A DNA stretch of 64,000 nt, from contig MFSE01000021.1 of NCBI GenBank assembly GCA_001784805.1, positions 4,241-68,240 of the forward strand, in the 5' to 3' direction. Positions 1 to 10,769 of the stretch are shown one piece after another (position 1 is the stretch's first letter; each line of letters starts with the position of its first letter). A program made the position numbers and the translations under genes. The stretch is from Candidatus Moranbacteria bacterium RIFOXYA12_FULL_35_19. GTDB taxonomy: Bacteria; Patescibacteriota; Minisyncoccia; Moranbacterales; UBA2206. Under the pieces are notes generated by a model. The model saw only the letters and a program-made list of their open reading frames with translations. It was not told the DNA's origin and did not search any database.

Positions 1-3000
1 ATCAAACTTGCTGTGCCAGTTTCGCACATTTGGTTTTTGCGTGGAGTGCCTTCTAAAATTGGTTTGGCGCTAGGTATGGGGGTGCAAGATTTGGAAAAGA
101 TCGTTTATTTTTCCAGCTATATTGTTTTGAATGTGGATGAAAATGAAAGAGAAAAAACATTGATGCAACTTGATCAAGAATTTAAAAATAAACAAAAAGA
201 AATAGTGAAAAATTTCTCGGCTGATACCAAAGAAGGTTTGGAAAAGCAGGAAGAATTGAAAAATATTTACCGTTCTTCCAAAGAGGAATTGAAAAATTTA
301 CATAAACTACAAATAATTTCCGAAATAGATTATTTCAATTTGTCCACAAAATACGCGCAAGTTTTTTCTGCTTCAATTGGAGCAGAAGCGATTAGAAATA
401 TTCTTTGCGGGATGGATGTGAAACAAGAAATAGAAAAACTTAAAAAAAGTTTGCAAGAAGATGAAAATCAAGACAAAACGAAAATACTTAAAAGGATAAA
501 ACTTTTTCAAGGATTTTTGAAAGCCGGGATGCAATTGGAATGGATGCTTCCAACAATTATTCCGGTAATTCCACCGGACCTTCGTCCAATGGTGGCTTTG
601 GATGGTGGACGCTATGCGACAAGTGATCTAAATGATTTATATCGAAGAATCATCAACCGCAATAATCGTTTGAAAAAATTGATTGAAATTGGGGCGCCGG
701 AAGTGATCACGCGAAACGAAAAAAGAATGCTTCAAGAAGCAGTAGATGCTCTTTTTGACAATAGCGCTAGGCGTTCTCAAGTGAGCGTGGCAGCTTCGAC
801 CGGTCAAAGAAGACCTCTTCGATCTTTAGCGGATACTCTCAAAGGCAAGCAAGGACGATTCCGTCAGAATCTTTTGGGAAAACGAGTAGATTATTCCGGA
901 CGAAGCGTGATTGTGGTTGGTCCGACTTTGAAATTGCACCAATGTGGATTGCCGAAAAAAATGGCTTTGGAACTTTTCAAACCATTTATTATCAATAAAC
1001 TAATCGAAAGAGAATTGGCTTACAATGTTAGAAGCGCCGGAAAAATGGTGGAAGGAGAAATGGAAGAGGCCTATGATATACTAGACGAAATAATTTCTCA
1101 TCATTATGTGCTTTTGAATCGTGCTCCAACCTTGCATCGGCTTTCTATTCAAGCTTTTCAACCAATTTTGATTGAAGGAAAAGCCATCCAAATTCATCCG
1201 ATGGTTTGCAGTGCTTTCAACGCTGACTTCGATGGTGACCAGATGGCGGTGCATGTTCCTCTTACTGACAAAGCGCGCTGGGAATCAAAAAATTTGATGC
1301 TTTCTTCACAAAATCTTTTGAAGCCAGCCAGTGGAGAACCGATTACCACGCCGACTTTGGATATGGTTTTAGGTTGTTATTATATTACGCATATAGTTTC
1401 CGGTACTAAAGGCGAAGGGAAAATATTTTCCAATTTTGATGAAGCGATTTTAGCCAATGAACTTGGACAAGTGGATGTACGAGCCAAGATAAAGGTCAGA
1501 CATGAAAAAGAAATGCTAGAAACCTCGGTGGGAAGGATAAAATTAAATTTGATTATTCCTAAAGAAATTGGTTTTATCAATCAGGAAATGACCAAAAAAG
1601 AATTGAAACTTTTAGTGGCGAAAGTTTTGGAAGTTTGCGGGCGTGAAGCGGCGGCTATTTTTGTGGATAAGATAAAAGATTTAGGATTTAGCTCTGTTAC
1701 TAAATCAGGAATCAGTTGGGGAATGGATGATTTGGTGATTCCGGAAAATAAAAAAGAGATAATAAAAAAAGGCGAAGAAAAAGTGGAAATAATCAAAAAG
1801 CAATACAATATGGGGCTTTTGACTGAAGAGGAAAGAAAAAATAAAGTGATTGAAATTTGGAATGACGCTAAAAATCAAATTACCGATGCGGTTCGCGCTT
1901 CTATTGATAAGGAAGGTCCAGTTTATTCTATGGTTTATTCTAAAGCCAGAGGTTCTGAATCAGTGGTAGTGCAGATGGCGGGAATGAAGGGACTGATGGC
2001 GGGACCAACGGGAGAAACTATTGAACTGCCGGTTAAGAGTTGTTTCAAGGAAGGCTTGAATGTTTTGGAATATTTTATCTCTACTCACGGAGCGAGAAAA
2101 GGTATGGCGGACACGGCCCTTCGAACAGCTACAGCTGGATATCTAACTCGAAGACTAGTAGATGTGGCGCAAGATATTATCGTTCGAGAAGAAGATTGTA
2201 AAGATAAAATCGGAGCTTATCTTTTCCGAGAAGATTCAGACAGAATTGGTCAAGGTTTTGCCAGCCGAATAATTGGTCGAGTACTTACAGAAGATTTGCT
2301 CGATCCTAAGACGGGAGAAATTATTGCGGAAAAAGGCAATATGATAACCAAAGAGCAAGGAGAAAAAATTGATAAGTTGGCGATTGCTAAAGTAAAAATC
2401 AGAACGGTAGTCACTTGCAAAACTTCGCGAGGAGTTTGCCAAAAATGTTATGGCACTGATTTGGGACGAGGAAATTTGGTGGAAATCGGACAAGCAGTGG
2501 GAATTGTGGCAGCGCAAGCCATTGGTGAACCAGGAACACAGCTAACTATGCGTACTTTCCATATTGGAGGTATTGCTGGATCTGACATTACCCAAGGACT
2601 TCCTCGCGTGGAAGAAATTTTTGAAGCCAGACCACCTAAGGGTGAAGCGATTATTTCTGAAGTTAACGGTAAAGTGCTTTCTGTGGAAAAACTGGATAAA
2701 AATTTTGTGATTAAAATTGAAGCGCAGGATAAACAAAAAACTATCAAGGAATATCAAATACCTTCCGGCAGTACGCTCAAAATTTCCGAAGGAGAATTGG
2801 TGGGCAAAGGTTCTCAATTGTCTGAAGGACATATTGATCTCAAAAAACTTTACAAGACAATGGGCTGGGAAGAAGTGTACCGCTATATCATTCGCGAAAT
2901 TCAGGAAGTTTATGCGGCGCAGGGTGAAGGTATCAATGATAAACACATTGAAGTGATTGTCCGCCAAATGTTCAGCCGGATATTGATAATCAAAGAAGGC

Positions 3001-3288
3001 GATTCCGTTTTTTCTGTCGGAGATATAATTGAACAAGATGAATTTTCGGAAGCTAACGAAGAAATCAAAAAAACTGATGGAGAAAAAGCTATTGGCGATA
3101 AGATGCTTTTAGGCATTACTAAGGTAGCGCTTTCGACTGACAGTTTCCTTTCGGCTGCTTCTTTCCAAGAAACGGCTCGCGTTCTCATTAACGCTGCCTC
3201 GCAAGGCAAACAAGATAAACTCCGCGGTCTCAAAGAAAATGTGATCATCGGAAAATTGATTCCTGCCGGGACGGGATATAGAAAATAG
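1..3288 (+). CDS. rpoC: RNA polymerase beta' subunit (5'-truncated by the window edge)
   Basis: [12 protein letters not shown] catalytic motif, [33 protein letters not shown]-terminal [17 protein letters not shown]; frame open from base 1. Confidence 0.99.
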   Translation: MKLAVPVSHIWFLRGVPSKIGLALGMGVQDLEKIVYFSSYIVLNVDENEREKTLMQLDQEFKNKQKEIVKNFSADTKEGLEKQEELKNIYRSSKEELKNLHKLQIISEIDYFNLSTKYAQVFSASIGAEAIRNILCGMDVKQEIEKLKKSLQEDENQDKTKILKRIKLFQGFLKAGMQLEWMLPTIIPVIPPDLRPMVALDGGRYATSDLNDLYRRIINRNNRLKKLIEIGAPEVITRNEKRMLQEAVDALFDNSARRSQVSVAASTGQRRPLRSLADTLKGKQGRFRQNLLGKRVDYSGRSVIVVGPTLKLHQCGLPKKMALELFKPFIINKLIERELAYNVRSAGKMVEGEMEEAYDILDEIISHHYVLLNRAPTLHRLSIQAFQPILIEGKAIQIHPMVCSAFNADFDGDQMAVHVPLTDKARWESKNLMLSSQNLLKPASGEPITTPTLDMVLGCYYITHIVSGTKGEGKIFSNFDEAILANELGQVDVRAKIKVRHEKEMLETSVGRIKLNLIIPKEIGFINQEMTKKELKLLVAKVLEVCGREAAAIFVDKIKDLGFSSVTKSGISWGMDDLVIPENKKEIIKKGEEKVEIIKKQYNMGLLTEEERKNKVIEIWNDAKNQITDAVRASIDKEGPVYSMVYSKARGSESVVVQMAGMKGLMAGPTGETIELPVKSCFKEGLNVLEYFISTHGARKGMADTALRTATAGYLTRRLVDVAQDIIVREEDCKDKIGAYLFREDSDRIGQGFASRIIGRVLTEDLLDPKTGEIIAEKGNMITKEQGEKIDKLAIAKVKIRTVVTCKTSRGVCQKCYGTDLGRGNLVEIGQAVGIVAAQAIGEPGTQLTMRTFHIGGIAGSDITQGLPRVEEIFEARPPKGEAIISEVNGKVLSVEKLDKNFVIKIEAQDKQKTIKEYQIPSGSTLKISEGELVGKGSQLSEGHIDLKKLYKTMGWEEVYRYIIREIQEVYAAQGEGINDKHIEVIVRQMFSRILIIKEGDSVFSVGDIIEQDEFSEANEEIKKTDGEKAIGDKMLLGITKVALSTDSFLSAASFQETARVLINAASQGKQDKLRGLKENVIIGKLIPAGTGYRK

Positions 3289-3334
3289 CTTTTAGGTTTT
3301 TAATTTAAAAACTCATAAAAAAGGAGAGTGACAG

Positions 3335-3523
3335 ATGACCGTTAAAAGTAACATAAAAGACGAAAAAGCGTGTACTCATTTAGAGGTTGTAAATGTTGAA
3401 TCGGGTAATATGCTTGAACCCTTTTCAGAAGAAACCTCTTTTCTCCTTGTAAATGCGCTAAGAGAGCATGACATTTTTAAGGCAAAATCTCTCAGCATTG
3501 CTGGAGGGAAAGTAATTCGTTAA
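3335..3523 (+). CDS. small hypothetical protein (62 aa)
   Basis: ATG preceded by AAGGAGA; followed by a perfect 14-bp hairpin; no recognised motif. Confidence 0.45.
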   Translation: MTVKSNIKDEKACTHLEVVNVESGNMLEPFSEETSFLLVNALREHDIFKAKSLSIAGGKVIR

Positions 3524-3531
3524 TTCCGTCC

Positions 3532-3562
3532 CCCAATAGCATAACCTCGTTATGCTATTGGG
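3532..3562 (+). terminator. perfect 14-bp stem-loop, probable terminator or RNA-stability hairpin
   Basis: CCCAATAGCATAAC-CTC-GTTATGCTATTGGG followed by T-rich sequence. Confidence 0.55.
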
Positions 3563-3650
3563 ATAATTCTTTAAATTTTTTATCTTTGAATACAAAAAAC
3601 GCCTTGGAAAATCTGGGGTGTTTTTTGAAACTTTATAAAAATACAAAATA

Positions 3651-3679
3651 TTGACAAACTTTATAAAGTTTAGTATAAT
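3651..3679 (+). promoter_or_regulatory. sigma70 promoter with a palindromic operator in the spacer
   Basis: TTGACA (3651-56), 17-nt spacer, TATAAT (3674-79); perfect palindrome AAACTTTATAAAGTTT at 3656-3671; partial copy at 3628-3639. Confidence 0.8.
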
Positions 3680-3685
3680 AGCTTT

Positions 3686-4609
3686 ATGAATACTAAGGAT
3701 AAACTAAAAATAATCCAAGAGTTGTCAGGTCTCACTCAGACCAAAATGGCCGATAAAATAGGCGTTTCTTTTGTGGCGTTCAATAATTGGTGGACTGAAA
3801 AATCCCAGCCAAGAAAAAAACAGGAAACGGCTATTGATGCAATGTATCTTGAGTATACTGGGCAGAAAAAAATTCCCGAAACTGTTTTGTTGGCTAAAAA
3901 AGAATTAATTATTAAGGAATCAGCAAAGCATAAAAATATTTTGGGAACTATCTTGAAAAATCCAGACATTCGTGATCAATTTATGCTTTCTCTTACTTAT
4001 AATTCCAATAAAATAGAAGGATCAACACTATCAGAAGATGAAACTGCCGATATTATGTTTAATGATAGAGCTATACCGGACAAAAGCTTGGTGGAACAGC
4101 TTGAGGTTAAAAACCATCAAACAGCTTTAAAATATCTTTTCATTCAAATGAAAAATGTGAAAAAGATTGACGAAGATTTAGTTTTAAAATTACATAGTAT
4201 CTTGATGAACGGAATTAGAGACGATGCGGGAATTTATCGTCGTCATGGAGTGAGAATTGTCGGCTCGAATGTGCCAACGGCGAACTATCTCAAGATTCCA
4301 AAATTAATGGAAGAAATTTTTGTAGATATAAGCAAAAAACAAAAAGATATAATCAGTCATATTTCAAATATTCACGCTAGATTTGAACAGATTCACCCAT
4401 TCTCTGATGGCAACGGACGAATTGGAAGATTGATTTTATCAGTGATGCTTATAAAAAGCAATATTGCTCCGGCAGTGATAAAACAAGAAAACAAGCGTTT
4501 GTATTATACTTATCTTCGCACAGCGCAACTCAAAAATGATGTCACTCAGCTGGAAGATTTTATTTGTGATGCGGTGATGATTGGATTTAATATTGTAAAT
4601 CGGAAATAA
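3686..4609 (+). CDS. Fic family protein with N-terminal XRE-type HTH
   Basis: HPFSDGNGRIGR Fic motif; SNKIEG inhibitory helix; N-terminal LTQTKMADKIGVS HTH. Confidence 0.92.
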   Translation: MNTKDKLKIIQELSGLTQTKMADKIGVSFVAFNNWWTEKSQPRKKQETAIDAMYLEYTGQKKIPETVLLAKKELIIKESAKHKNILGTILKNPDIRDQFMLSLTYNSNKIEGSTLSEDETADIMFNDRAIPDKSLVEQLEVKNHQTALKYLFIQMKNVKKIDEDLVLKLHSILMNGIRDDAGIYRRHGVRIVGSNVPTANYLKIPKLMEEIFVDISKKQKDIISHISNIHARFEQIHPFSDGNGRIGRLILSVMLIKSNIAPAVIKQENKRLYYTYLRTAQLKNDVTQLEDFICDAVMIGFNIVNRK

Positions 4610-4774
4610 TTTTTTGATTTTGACTTTAGTAAAAGCACTTACTCCTTCTTGGGCAAAGGAAGTGCTTTTTGAAATCGCTGAAAAATTCAAAAATGTGAAA
4701 TTGCTTAACACCGAAAACGAAACAGTGCAAGCAACACTGAAAACTTTGCGGGAATATTCGGATTTGAAGATATA
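4610..4774 (+). pseudogene. 3' remnant of a small STAS-like/DUF4325-type gene
   Basis: Start-less frame VKALTPSWAKEVLFEIAEKFKNVKLLNTENETVQATLKTLREYSDLKI* (stop 4772-74); family resemblance from memory only. Confidence 0.35.
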
Positions 4775-4884
4775 AATTTTTTATAAAATAAAAAGCTCTC
4801 TGGGAAAGTCCAAATGCGTTTCTTGACTTTTGGATGTGATTGCATACAATTAAAACAGTTGACTAATTATTAAATCGCTAAATT

Positions 4885-5661
4885 ATGTCAGAATTAGGAT
4901 TTCCAGAATTTAAATTAGAGAATAAAAAAAATATTCAGGAAAAAGTACATCTTCGTGAAGATATTACGCCAATAGGCAAAGAAATAGCAGACTTTGCTAT
5001 TGAAAATGAAGAATTAGAAGATTTGCGAGAACAAAACGAAGGCGATGCTAATAATGTTGATTTTGAAAATGGGGATTTGGACGCACTGAAAGAAAAAGGT
5101 TTTAAGACCGCAGGTTACGGATCATATTTGATCTCACCTATTGACGAAAGAGACTGGTACTCTGATCGTTATTTAAATTGTACAGCAGTAGTAGCGATAG
5201 GTAGAGATAAAGACACAAATAAGGACATATCATTCTTAAGTCATCAAAATCCAGAATATTTTATTGATGGGAATAGTGATGAAGTGGAATTTTTTTCACG
5301 AGAATTAAGTAAATCTTTGGAAGAATTAAAAACATGCTCGCAAGGAGACACTGTCGAGGTTTTAATCTTAGGAGGAAATTTTAATCCTAGCGCTAAAGAA
5401 AAAGAAGGAGATTATCAGCATCGACACTATCAACAATCAATTGAGAAACTTAGTAAAATTATTCAAGAAACACTAGGATTTGATCCTAAAGTTTTAACAG
5501 GGCCAAATAATAATGTTGGGTCTGAAACGGTGATTCTTGTTGAAACGCAAAAAAGAAAGGTTTGGGTTGAAAGAAGTAAACAATTGCCTGAATTCAATCA
5601 ATCCTACCAGGCGAGTAAATTTAAGGAGGAAGAAGCAAGATGGTTAACGGCGGGAAAGTAG
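4885..5661 (+). CDS. hypothetical protein, possible CheD/CNF1-like Cys-His deamidase fold
   Basis: 258-aa ORF with an upstream TTGACT/TACAAT promoter; YLNCTAVVAIG...FLSHQ pattern. Confidence 0.6.
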   Translation: MSELGFPEFKLENKKNIQEKVHLREDITPIGKEIADFAIENEELEDLREQNEGDANNVDFENGDLDALKEKGFKTAGYGSYLISPIDERDWYSDRYLNCTAVVAIGRDKDTNKDISFLSHQNPEYFIDGNSDEVEFFSRELSKSLEELKTCSQGDTVEVLILGGNFNPSAKEKEGDYQHRHYQQSIEKLSKIIQETLGFDPKVLTGPNNNVGSETVILVETQKRKVWVERSKQLPEFNQSYQASKFKEEEARWLTAGK

Positions 5662-5929
5662 CTATTTTGAGTAAGGGTTTCGGATGAAGAATACTATATT
5701 TTTCCTAAAGCTTCGCTTTAGGAAATTTAGATTCTATATTCTATGCTAAAAAATTGCACCGACAAATATCAAAATTCAGCTTAAAATTGAGAATGTAATC
5801 GCATAATTTATACTAATTTTATGAATTATTCATCCTAAAGCTTCGCTTTAGGAAATCTGGACGGCGCTTGACAAATATCAAAATTTGGTATAATATTAGG
5901 AATATAATCCTATAATTTATACTAATTTT

Positions 5930-7063
5930 ATGAATTACATCCCAAGATTAATAGAAAAACAAATAAAAGAGCGCTTATTCAAGGGTAAATTGATCATTAT
6001 ATATGGAGCTAGGCAAGTGGGAAAAACGACATTAGCTAAAAAAATATTAGCAGATTATGGCGAAGATGGCACATATTTTAATTGCGAACTGTTATCTGTT
6101 CAAAAAGGACTTTCAGAACCAGAAGCGGAAAAATTGAAAAAATTTCTGGGAAACTATAAAATTATTTTGTTGGATGAAGCGCAAAACATTCCTAATATTG
6201 GGAAAATCTTGAAAATCATAGTTGATACCTATCCCGAAATACAAATTATTGCCACCGGCTCGTCCAGTTTTGATTTGGCGCAAAAAATTTCCGAACCGAT
6301 GACAGGCAGAACTTTTACTTTCATACTTTATCCTATTTCGCTTCAAGAAATAAATCAACAAGAAAATTTGTTTTCTGTTGAAGCTAAGCTGGAAAATTTA
6401 TTGAGATTTGGTAGTTATCCGGAAATACTTTCTTTGGGAGAAAATGAATCAATAGAACGGCTTCAAGAAATTTCCTCTAAATACTTATATAAAGATGTAT
6501 TGAGCTTCGAAGGATTGAAAAAATCCAGTTTAGTAAGAAATTTATTGGAACTTTTGGCTCTTCAATTGGGCAATGAAGTTTCCTATAACGAGTTGGCGGT
6601 TAACTTGGGAGTTGATCGGCTCACAGTGCAAAAGTATATTGACATTTTGGAACAATCCTTTGTAATTTTCAAGCTTAGAGCTTTTTCGCGCAATTTAAGA
6701 AAAGAAATCACCAAATCAATCAAAGTATATTTTTATGATCTAGGAATTCGAAATAGTTTGATTGAAAATTATAATCCGCTAGATATCAGAAATGATGTCG
6801 GGGCACTTTGGGAAAACTTTTGCATTTTGGAAAGAAAGAAAAATAATGACGCAGAGTTTAACTTTGTAAATTCATATTTTTGGCGAACTTATGATCAAAA
6901 AGAAATTGACTATATTGAAGAAAGCGGAGGAAAAATTCGCGGTTTTGAATTTAAATGGAATGAAAAAAAGAATTTCAAGGCGCCAAAAGAGTTTATTGAA
7001 AAATATGACGCTACGGTGGAAAAAATTGATAGAAGTAATTATTGGAAATTTTTGGGTCTGTAA
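5930..7063 (+). CDS. AAA_14 ATPase with C-terminal DUF4143 domain
   Basis: Walker A GARQVGKT, Walker B LLDEAQ, ATGSSS, KVYFYDLGIRN, YFWRTYDQKEIDYI..FEFK; promoter TTGACA..TGGTATAAT at 5868-5894. Confidence 0.92.
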   Translation: MNYIPRLIEKQIKERLFKGKLIIIYGARQVGKTTLAKKILADYGEDGTYFNCELLSVQKGLSEPEAEKLKKFLGNYKIILLDEAQNIPNIGKILKIIVDTYPEIQIIATGSSSFDLAQKISEPMTGRTFTFILYPISLQEINQQENLFSVEAKLENLLRFGSYPEILSLGENESIERLQEISSKYLYKDVLSFEGLKKSSLVRNLLELLALQLGNEVSYNELAVNLGVDRLTVQKYIDILEQSFVIFKLRAFSRNLRKEITKSIKVYFYDLGIRNSLIENYNPLDIRNDVGALWENFCILERKKNNDAEFNFVNSYFWRTYDQKEIDYIEESGGKIRGFEFKWNEKKNFKAPKEFIEKYDATVEKIDRSNYWKFLGL

Positions 7064-7070
7064 ACGCAAG

Positions 7071-7101
7071 AAAACGCCTTGGGAAATCTGAGGCGTTTTT
7101 T
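7071..7101 (+). terminator. intrinsic terminator, near-duplicate of 3596-3626
   Basis: AAAACGCCTTGGGAAATCTGAGGCGTTTTTT versus AAAACGCCTTGGAAAATCTGGGGTGTTTTTT. Confidence 0.65.
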
Positions 7102-7133
7102 GATTTTCAGATTTTGTGCTAGAATAGATTTAT

Positions 7134-9521
7134 ATGGGAAGACATAAGAAAAATAAAAATATCGAAGAGGATAATTCAGAAGAAAGTGCTAAAGAGAAAA
7201 AGCCAAGGATTAATCTCAAGGGGGACGCTAAAAGAAGCGCTTTGGCGGTGGTTCTTTTTGCTTTGGCAGTGCTTTCCGTTTTGGGGTTTTTTGGTTGGGC
7301 GGGATCTTTTGGAGGATTTTTGAATCGAATGGTTGGCTATTCTATCGGCTATGTGAAATTTATTTTTCCGCTTTCACTAATAATTGCCGGAATAGTACTT
7401 CTCCTTCGTCGGGAAACAGCTTTTTATGTGACAAAATTTATCGGTTTAGCAATGTCTCTTTTGAGTATCGCGGGAATTTTTCATTGGTTTTATAAAACTG
7501 AAGAAATGTTAAAAGTAGCCAGCCAAGGTCAAGGTGGAGGATATCTTGGTTACACAATGAGTTATTTTTTAGGAAAATATTTAGGCGAAGCTGGAAGTTT
7601 GGTAGTGCTTTTGGCTATTTTTCTGTTGGGAATAATTTTGACTTTCAATTTTTCTATCGTGCATTTCTTTTTGAAATTTAGAAAACAGAAAGACACAGAA
7701 GAAATGCAGAATAACACAGAAATAGAAACTCAAAATAATGCAGAAATAAAACAAAACGAAGCAGAAGTCTTGCCGGAAATTAAGGATGAAAAAATTTCGC
7801 AAGAAGCGGAAATTGAAAAAAATATTGGCAAGATTGAATTTGTGGAAGGACGCGATCAATTTGTTTCTCCACTTTTGGCGGAGCAGGAATTGATAACGCC
7901 AGAAATCACTCCAAAAAAAATAATGGAAAGGCGTTCTTTAGATATGGATTTTCCTGCCAAAGAATTTAAATTTCCGAAAAAATCAGGCAAGTCAAAATGG
8001 ACTTATCCAACAGCTGATATGCTGGAAAAAACTTTTGGCGCTGCTCAAGGAGGTGATATTGAAAATAATTTTGCGATTATTGAAAAAACTCTCCACGATT
8101 TTGGCATTCAAGTCGAGAGAGGTACGGTCAAGATAGGACCATCAGTGACGCAATATAGTTTTCGTCCGGCAGTGGGAGTAAAAATTGCTAAAATTTTAGC
8201 GCTTCAAAATGATTTGTCGTTGGCGCTAGCGGCTCATCCAATTAGAATTGAAGCGCCGATTCCAGGGCAATCTCTGATTGGGATTGAAATTCCTAACAAG
8301 ACGGCGTTGGTGGTTCGATTGCGGGAAATGATTGAGGAATCGCAATTTAGAAAAAGAACTTCAAGTTTACTTTTAGCGCTAGGTGAAGATGTGGGAGGTA
8401 ATTGCATCTTTGGTGATCTGTCCAAGATGCCACACCTAATGATTGCTGGAGCAACGGGAACAGGAAAATCAGTTTGTATAAATTCAATCATCACTACACT
8501 GCTCTATCAAAATTCTCCGGAGGATTTGAAATTTATTATGGTTGATCCAAAAAGAGTGGAACTTTCGCTGTATAACGGAATAGCGCATTTACTTACGGAT
8601 GTGATTGTAGAAAACAGCAAAGTGATTAACACTTTGAAATGGGCGGTGGGAGAAATGGAAAGAAGGTATCGATTATTGCAAGATGCTGGATCAAGAGATA
8701 TAAATTCATATCGGGAAAAACTTCATTCAGGTTATAAAATAAAACGGACTGATCCAGAAACTAAGGAGACTTTTGAAGAAGATTTGAAAAATTTACCCTA
8801 CATTGTGATTGTGATTGATGAATTGGCAGATCTGATGGGTAGTCACGGCAAAGAAGTGGAAGGGGCGATTGTTCGAATTGCCCAGATGGCGCGAGCAGTG
8901 GGAATTCATCTGATTGTTTCGACTCAACGCCCTTCAGTAGAAGTGATCACAGGACTCATTAAAGCTAATATTACTACCCGAATTGCTTTTCAAGTAGCCA
9001 CGCAAATTGATTCTCGAACAATTTTAGATATGGGTGGAGCGGAAAAACTTTTGGGTAATGGCGATATGCTTTATTTGAGCGCCAGCTCTCCTAAGCCAAA
9101 AAGAATTCAAGGAGTTTTCATTAGTGAATCGGAAGTGAAAAGAGTAGTGAGTTTTATAAAAGATAAAAACAAAGAGGATAAAAAAGAAGATGAGGAAGAA
9201 ATAAAAATAACAGAAAATTTTCAAAAAGAAATTACAGAATTCAAGGCGGAGGAAGAAAATGGAGAGGATAGCGAATTATTGGTGAAAGTCGAAGAAGAAA
9301 TTAAAAAAAGCAAGAAAGCCAGTGCTTCATTTTTGCAAAGAAGATTTCGAATCGGCTATGCACGCGCTGCTAGAATCCTAGATATTTTGGAAGAAAAAGG
9401 CGTGATTGGACCATCAGATGGGGCTAAGCCAAGAGAAATTTATGGCGTCGAGGAACAAGAAAATATAAACTACGAAGACAAAATCGAAGATCAGGAGAAA
9501 AGGGATAAGTGGGAGATATAA
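7134..9521 (+). CDS. ftsK: DNA translocase FtsK
   Basis: N-terminal TM domain; PHLMIAGATGTGKS; DPKRVEL; IVIDELADLM; gamma domain ASFLQRRFRIGYARAARILD. Confidence 0.97.
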   Translation: MGRHKKNKNIEEDNSEESAKEKKPRINLKGDAKRSALAVVLFALAVLSVLGFFGWAGSFGGFLNRMVGYSIGYVKFIFPLSLIIAGIVLLLRRETAFYVTKFIGLAMSLLSIAGIFHWFYKTEEMLKVASQGQGGGYLGYTMSYFLGKYLGEAGSLVVLLAIFLLGIILTFNFSIVHFFLKFRKQKDTEEMQNNTEIETQNNAEIKQNEAEVLPEIKDEKISQEAEIEKNIGKIEFVEGRDQFVSPLLAEQELITPEITPKKIMERRSLDMDFPAKEFKFPKKSGKSKWTYPTADMLEKTFGAAQGGDIENNFAIIEKTLHDFGIQVERGTVKIGPSVTQYSFRPAVGVKIAKILALQNDLSLALAAHPIRIEAPIPGQSLIGIEIPNKTALVVRLREMIEESQFRKRTSSLLLALGEDVGGNCIFGDLSKMPHLMIAGATGTGKSVCINSIITTLLYQNSPEDLKFIMVDPKRVELSLYNGIAHLLTDVIVENSKVINTLKWAVGEMERRYRLLQDAGSRDINSYREKLHSGYKIKRTDPETKETFEEDLKNLPYIVIVIDELADLMGSHGKEVEGAIVRIAQMARAVGIHLIVSTQRPSVEVITGLIKANITTRIAFQVATQIDSRTILDMGGAEKLLGNGDMLYLSASSPKPKRIQGVFISESEVKRVVSFIKDKNKEDKKEDEEEIKITENFQKEITEFKAEEENGEDSELLVKVEEEIKKSKKASASFLQRRFRIGYARAARILDILEEKGVIGPSDGAKPREIYGVEEQENINYEDKIEDQEKRDKWEI

Positions 9522-9630
9522 TTTTACGAACTACGAAAATAATACGAAATACGAAAATACGAAAATAAAATAAAATACGGAAAATGTGTATAAATTTTTT
9601 CGTATTTCGCTTATTTCGTAGTTCGTAAAT
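9522..9630. repeat. TACGAA/TTCGTA degenerate inverted-repeat element
   Basis: Left arm of TACGAA units, right arm TTCGTATTTCGCTTATTTCGTAGTTCGTAAAT; fills the ftsK-rodZ gap. Confidence 0.85.
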
Positions 9631-9635
9631 GCCTT

Positions 9636-10646
9636 ATGAATGGCTTTACTAAAAAAACTGTTCAAACTTTGACACTGGGGGAAAAATTGAAAAAACTTAG
9701 AAGCGACAAAAGAGTTTCCCTTAGTGAAGTTTCTCGGCTGACAAAAATTCAGCCGGCTTATTTGGAATATTTAGAAGAAGGATGTTGGGAAAAATTGCCG
9801 GCCGATGTTTATGTAAAAGGATTTTTGCGAAGCTACGGCGAATTTTTAGGAGTGGATGAAAATATTCTCATCCGGCTTTATGAAAGAGAAAAAGAAATCA
9901 AAGAAAATTTAAATAAAAATAAAAAAAATAATACTGAAAAAAGAAAGCCGATAAATATTTCACCTTTTATTTTTACGCCTAAAAAAATAGCCATTTTAGT
10001 AATTTCCGCGTTGGTTGTTTTAAGTTTATCTTTGCTCTATCGGGAAATAAATTCTTTTGCCAGTGCGCCAAGTTTGATTATCTTTAATCCTCAAGACAAC
10101 AGTCAGATTGCAGGAGATTCGGTTTATATTGAAGGCATAACAGATCGAGAGGCGCTTCTTTTTGTAAATGGCCAGCCGGTTTTAGTGGGGGACGACGGTC
10201 GATTCAAGGAAAATTTGACTTTACAATCCGGACTCAATATTATAAATGTGAGAGCGATAAATAAATTTGACAAAGAAACAGTTGAAAATTTGAATGTTAA
10301 TTCCAATTATGAAAAAAAAGAAGAGAATCAAAAACAGGAAGCAGATGAAAATGAAAATATTTCTAATTTAGATAATAAAAAAGAAATTCAAATAGAAATC
10401 AAAGTTGAACCTGGACCAGTTTGGATAAGCGCAGAGGCGGATGGCAAGTTGGTTTTTAGCGGAACGATGTTAAGTGGCGCAGTGCAAATTTTCAAAGCGC
10501 AGGAAAAAATAATGCTAAGTTCGGGGAATGGAAAATCAACTTTCATTATTCTCAACGGGCAAGATTTGGGAGCACTTAGTCCAAATTCAGGGGCGGTTAA
10601 GGAAGTGATTTTTACGCCAGAAACTGAGCACTTGCCAGAATTGTAA
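9636..10646 (+). CDS. RodZ-like protein (HTH, TM, Ig-like, DUF4115-like)
   Basis: LGEKLKKLR...YLEYLEEG...YVKGFLRSYGEFLG HTH; one TM; C-terminal PVWISAEADG...GNG; syntenic with ftsK. Confidence 0.85.
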   Translation: MNGFTKKTVQTLTLGEKLKKLRSDKRVSLSEVSRLTKIQPAYLEYLEEGCWEKLPADVYVKGFLRSYGEFLGVDENILIRLYEREKEIKENLNKNKKNNTEKRKPINISPFIFTPKKIAILVISALVVLSLSLLYREINSFASAPSLIIFNPQDNSQIAGDSVYIEGITDREALLFVNGQPVLVGDDGRFKENLTLQSGLNIINVRAINKFDKETVENLNVNSNYEKKEENQKQEADENENISNLDNKKEIQIEIKVEPGPVWISAEADGKLVFSGTMLSGAVQIFKAQEKIMLSSGNGKSTFIILNGQDLGALSPNSGAVKEVIFTPETEHLPEL

Positions 10647-10670
10647 TGGAGTGATACAATATCAGTGAGG

Positions 10671-10738
10671 TTTTACGAAATACGAAATAAGCTAAATACT
10701 AAAAATTTTTCGTATTTCGTTTATTTCGTATTTAGTAA
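10671..10738. repeat. TACGAA-family inverted repeat (short copy)
   Basis: TTTTACGAAATACGAAATAAGC...TTCGTATTTCGTTTATTTCGTATTTAGTAA upstream of recA. Confidence 0.75.
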
Positions 10739-10769
10739 AGAATAAAAAATAATAATTAAACAAAAGTCT

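Noticed and set aside
1380-3248. Short antisense and alternate-frame ORFs inside rpoC and other long genes
   Set aside because: Shadow ORFs of conserved genes with no motifs. Only the antisense avd ORF was kept, because it has family features and DGR context.
9522-9630. TACGAA arrays as a CRISPR array
   Set aside because: The units are 6-9 nt, degenerate and arranged as inverted arms, with no unique 30-40-nt spacers and no cas genes in the window.
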